Assembly (NCBI GenBank): GCA_030740765.1 | Contig: JASLWR010000097.1 | Coordinates: 1 to 8,690 of the forward strand | Length of the DNA: 8,690 nucleotides | Direction: 5' to 3' | DNA from: Thermoplasmatota archaeon | Lineage (GTDB): Archaea > Thermoplasmatota > Penumbrarchaeia > JASLWR01 | Shown: positions 7,109 through 8,690 of the stretch, piece after piece | Layout: each line of letters begins with the position of its first letter | How positions within the stretch are numbered: position 1 is the stretch's first letter | Notes under the pieces: generated by a model | The model's database searches: none | What the model was told of the DNA's origin: nothing | Seen by the model: only the letters and a program-made list of their open reading frames with translations | Position numbers and translations under genes: made by a program

Positions 7109-7122
7109 AAAAAATATATATT
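7109..7122 (+). promoter_or_regulatory. TATA-box-like element (AAAAAATATATATT), the candidate promoter for tRNA-Gln and possibly glnS.
   Basis: It is centred about 43 nt upstream of tRNA position 1. That would imply a 5' leader of about 15-17 nt to be removed by RNase P. Geometry-based inference. Confidence 0.35.
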
Positions 7123-7159
7123 GTGTATCCGGTATGAGCCTAAAGTTCCGGGATATAGT

Positions 7160-7231
7160 AGCCCCGTGGTGTAGTGGTTAGCATCAGAGACTCTGGATCT
7201 CTGGACAGCAGTTCGAATCTGCTCGGGGCTA
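7160..7231 (+). tRNA. tRNA-Gln, anticodon CUG (7193-7195), 72 nt, with no encoded CCA.
   Basis: Hand-folded cloverleaf. Acceptor stem AGCCCCG/CGGGGCT (7 bp, A1-U72). U8. D stem GUGU/GCAU. D loop AGUGGUUA with GG. Anticodon stem AGAGA/UCUCU. Anticodon loop CU-CUG-GA (U33, G37). 4-nt variable region GGAC. T stem AGCAG/CUGCU. T loop UUCGAAU. Discriminator A73. The A1-U72, A73 and G37 combination is the archaeal tRNA-Gln pattern. Confidence 0.93.
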
Positions 7232-7325
7232 TCTTAGTATTGAACCCTCAATTGAACTCTGAGATATTCAAAAGAATCTTTATCTTGATTAATCTGTTTC
7301 TTCGTTATGAAAACGGTGAACTGAA

Positions 7326-8690
7326 ATGAAATCCCCCGATTCTCCACTGCACGACTTTATCCGCAACATAATCGATGAGGATAATGAGACGAAGAAGTAT
7401 GACGGCCGCGTACACACACGTTTTCCTCCCGAGCCCAACGGCTATCTGCATATAGGTCATGCTAAGTCCATCTGCTTGAACTTCGGGATCGCCAAAGAAT
7501 ACGGGGGAAAATGTAATCTCCGTTTCGATGATACGAACCCTTCAAAGGAGGAGACCGAATACGTACAATCCATCATCAACGACGTTAGATGGTTAGGATT
7601 CGATTGGGAGGACCGACTGTTCTTTGCCTCCGACTATTTCGAGCAGATGTACGAACTAGCGGTTCAGCTAGTTAAGTCAGGGAAGGCTTATGTAGATGAT
7701 CTTCCGGCCGAGAAGATCAGTGAGTACCGGGGAACACTCACGTCGGCAGGTAGAAACAGCCCTTATCGCCATCGTCCCATTGATGTGAACCTCGATCTCT
7801 TTTGCCGGATGAAAGCGGGAGAATTCAGCAACGGTGAGAAGGTACTGCGGGCCAAGATTGACATGGCCCACTCGAATATGAACATGCGCGACCCCGTAAT
7901 ATATAGAATACTCCACGCAGCCCATCACCGGACCGGGGATAAATGGTGTGTTTACCCCATGTACGATTGGGCCCACGGCCTCGAGGATTCGATCGAGGGC
8001 ATAACCCATTCGATCTGCACTCTAGAGTTCGAAAACCACCGGCCACTGTACGATTGGTTCCTTGAGGGGTTGGGTGTTTACCACCCTCAACAGATTGAGT
8101 TTGCACGCCTCAATCTTACTTACACGGTAATGAGCAAGAGGAAGCTTCTGGAGCTGGTAGAGGAAGGATATGTCATTGGCTGGAACGATCCGCGATTGCC
8201 AACCATAAGCGGAATGCGGAGAAGGGGATATTCCCCTGCCGCCATCAGGAACTTCTGTTCCCGCATAGGGATTGCAAAGGTGAACAGCACCATTGCAATA
8301 GAGTTGCTGGAACATTGCGTCCGAGACGATCTCAATAAAACGGCACTCAGATTCATGGGTGTTCTGAATCCTTTAAGGGTGGTCATCGACAATTATCCGG
8401 AAGGGGAGACGGAGGAAATGACGGCGGTGAACAATCCCGAGAACCCGGGGGCGGGAACGCGTAAAGTGCCATTCTCCAGGGTGCTTTATATTGAACGGGA
8501 CGATTTCATGGTTAACCCGCCAAGACGTTTCTACAGGTTGGGACCGGGTAGGGAAGTACGTCTGCGCTATGCATATTTCATGACGTGCAATGACTATATA
8601 ACAGATGAGAATGGCGAGGTTGTGGAGCTGCGGTGCACAATTGATCCGGCAACCCGGGGTGGGGATGCCCCGGATGGTCGCAGGGTGCGC
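7326..8690 (+). CDS. glnS: Glutaminyl-tRNA synthetase (glutamine--tRNA ligase), bacterial-type, without the eukaryotic N-terminal extension. The 3' end is truncated by the window edge (455 codons seen, roughly 100 more expected). It is absent from the supplied ORF track.
   Basis: Frame-3 translation from ATG 7326 has no stop through 8690. An in-frame TGA sits at 7317-7319 upstream. SD GGTGA at 7315-7319 lies 6 nt before the ATG. The product begins [72 protein letters not shown]. It continues with [67 protein letters not shown] and [21 protein letters not shown] motif at 7449-7460 and MSK at 8130-8138. The sequence appears collinear with E. coli GlnRS as I remember it, with a majority of positions identical by eye. 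That is far closer than any GluRS would be. Confidence 0.95.
   Translation, partial: MKSPDSPLHDFIRNIIDEDNETKKYDGRVHTRFPPEPNGYLHIGHAKSICLNFGIAKEYGGKCNLRFDDTNPSKEETEYVQSIINDVRWLGFDWEDRLFFASDYFEQMYELAVQLVKSGKAYVDDLPAEKISEYRGTLTSAGRNSPYRHRPIDVNLDLFCRMKAGEFSNGEKVLRAKIDMAHSNMNMRDPVIYRILHAAHHRTGDKWCVYPMYDWAHGLEDSIEGITHSICTLEFENHRPLYDWFLEGLGVYHPQQIEFARLNLTYTVMSKRKLLELVEEGYVIGWNDPRLPTISGMRRRGYSPAAIRNFCSRIGIAKVNSTIAIELLEHCVRDDLNKTALRFMGVLNPLRVVIDNYPEGETEEMTAVNNPENPGAGTRKVPFSRVLYIERDDFMVNPPRRFYRLGPGREVRLRYAYFMTCNDYITDENGEVVELRCTIDPATRGGDAPDGRRVR

Noticed and set aside
6904-7159. Glycine riboswitch upstream of gcvPA, as is typical of bacterial gcv operons.
   Set aside because: The leader implied by the TATA box is only about 15 nt. 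The whole region is AT-rich and lacks the conserved GC-rich cores of the glycine aptamer. Glycine riboswitches are also not an established archaeal feature.
7677-8392. Four minus-strand track ORFs (7677-8009, 7825-8106, 8022-8315, 8120-8392; 90-110 aa).
   Set aside because: All lie antisense to the strongly supported glnS reading frame. They have no recognisable motifs and overlap each other in different frames. They are shadow ORFs.
1-8690. Scan for CRISPR arrays, transposase/integrase genes, terminal inverted repeats, toxin-antitoxin or defence-like cassettes, and rRNA.
   Set aside because: I found no spaced direct repeats of 24-40 nt and no ORFs with such motifs. All long ORFs are accounted for by housekeeping families. 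The window looks like core chromosome apart from the glnS anomaly.

Overview
The window is mostly housekeeping genes, about 50% GC in the stretches I counted by eye, and is most likely from an uncultured archaeon. Two things point to an archaeon. One is an archaeal/eukaryal-type Kae1 (N-terminus LGLEGTAHTFG, not the bacterial TsaD type). The other is a tRNA-Gln with the archaeal A1-U72 / A73 / G37 signature. Most starts have Shine-Dalgarno boxes matching GGAGGTGATC, and the intergenic regions are AT-rich with TATA-like boxes. In order, the window contains: (i) an ambiguous GC-rich fragment at the left edge; (ii) a CoA-disulfide-reductase-family flavoprotein fused to a C-terminal rhodanese domain (+); (iii) an Mrp/ApbC/NBP35 Fe-S carrier ATPase (+); (iv) a tightly packed minus-strand operon gcvPA-gcvPB-kae1; (v) a 247-nt divergent intergenic region rich in repeats; (vi) tRNA-Gln(CUG) (+); (vii) a 455-codon ORF that runs off the right edge. 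That last ORF is missing from the supplied ORF track and is clearly a bacterial-type glutaminyl-tRNA synthetase. I found no CRISPR array, mobile element, defence-like cassette or other clearly novel multi-gene system. The most unusual feature is the GlnRS gene sitting 94 nt downstream of an archaeal-type tRNA-Gln, because archaea canonically lack GlnRS and make Gln-tRNAGln through GluRS plus GatDE. All homology calls come from remembered family motifs and reference sequences, not from a database search.
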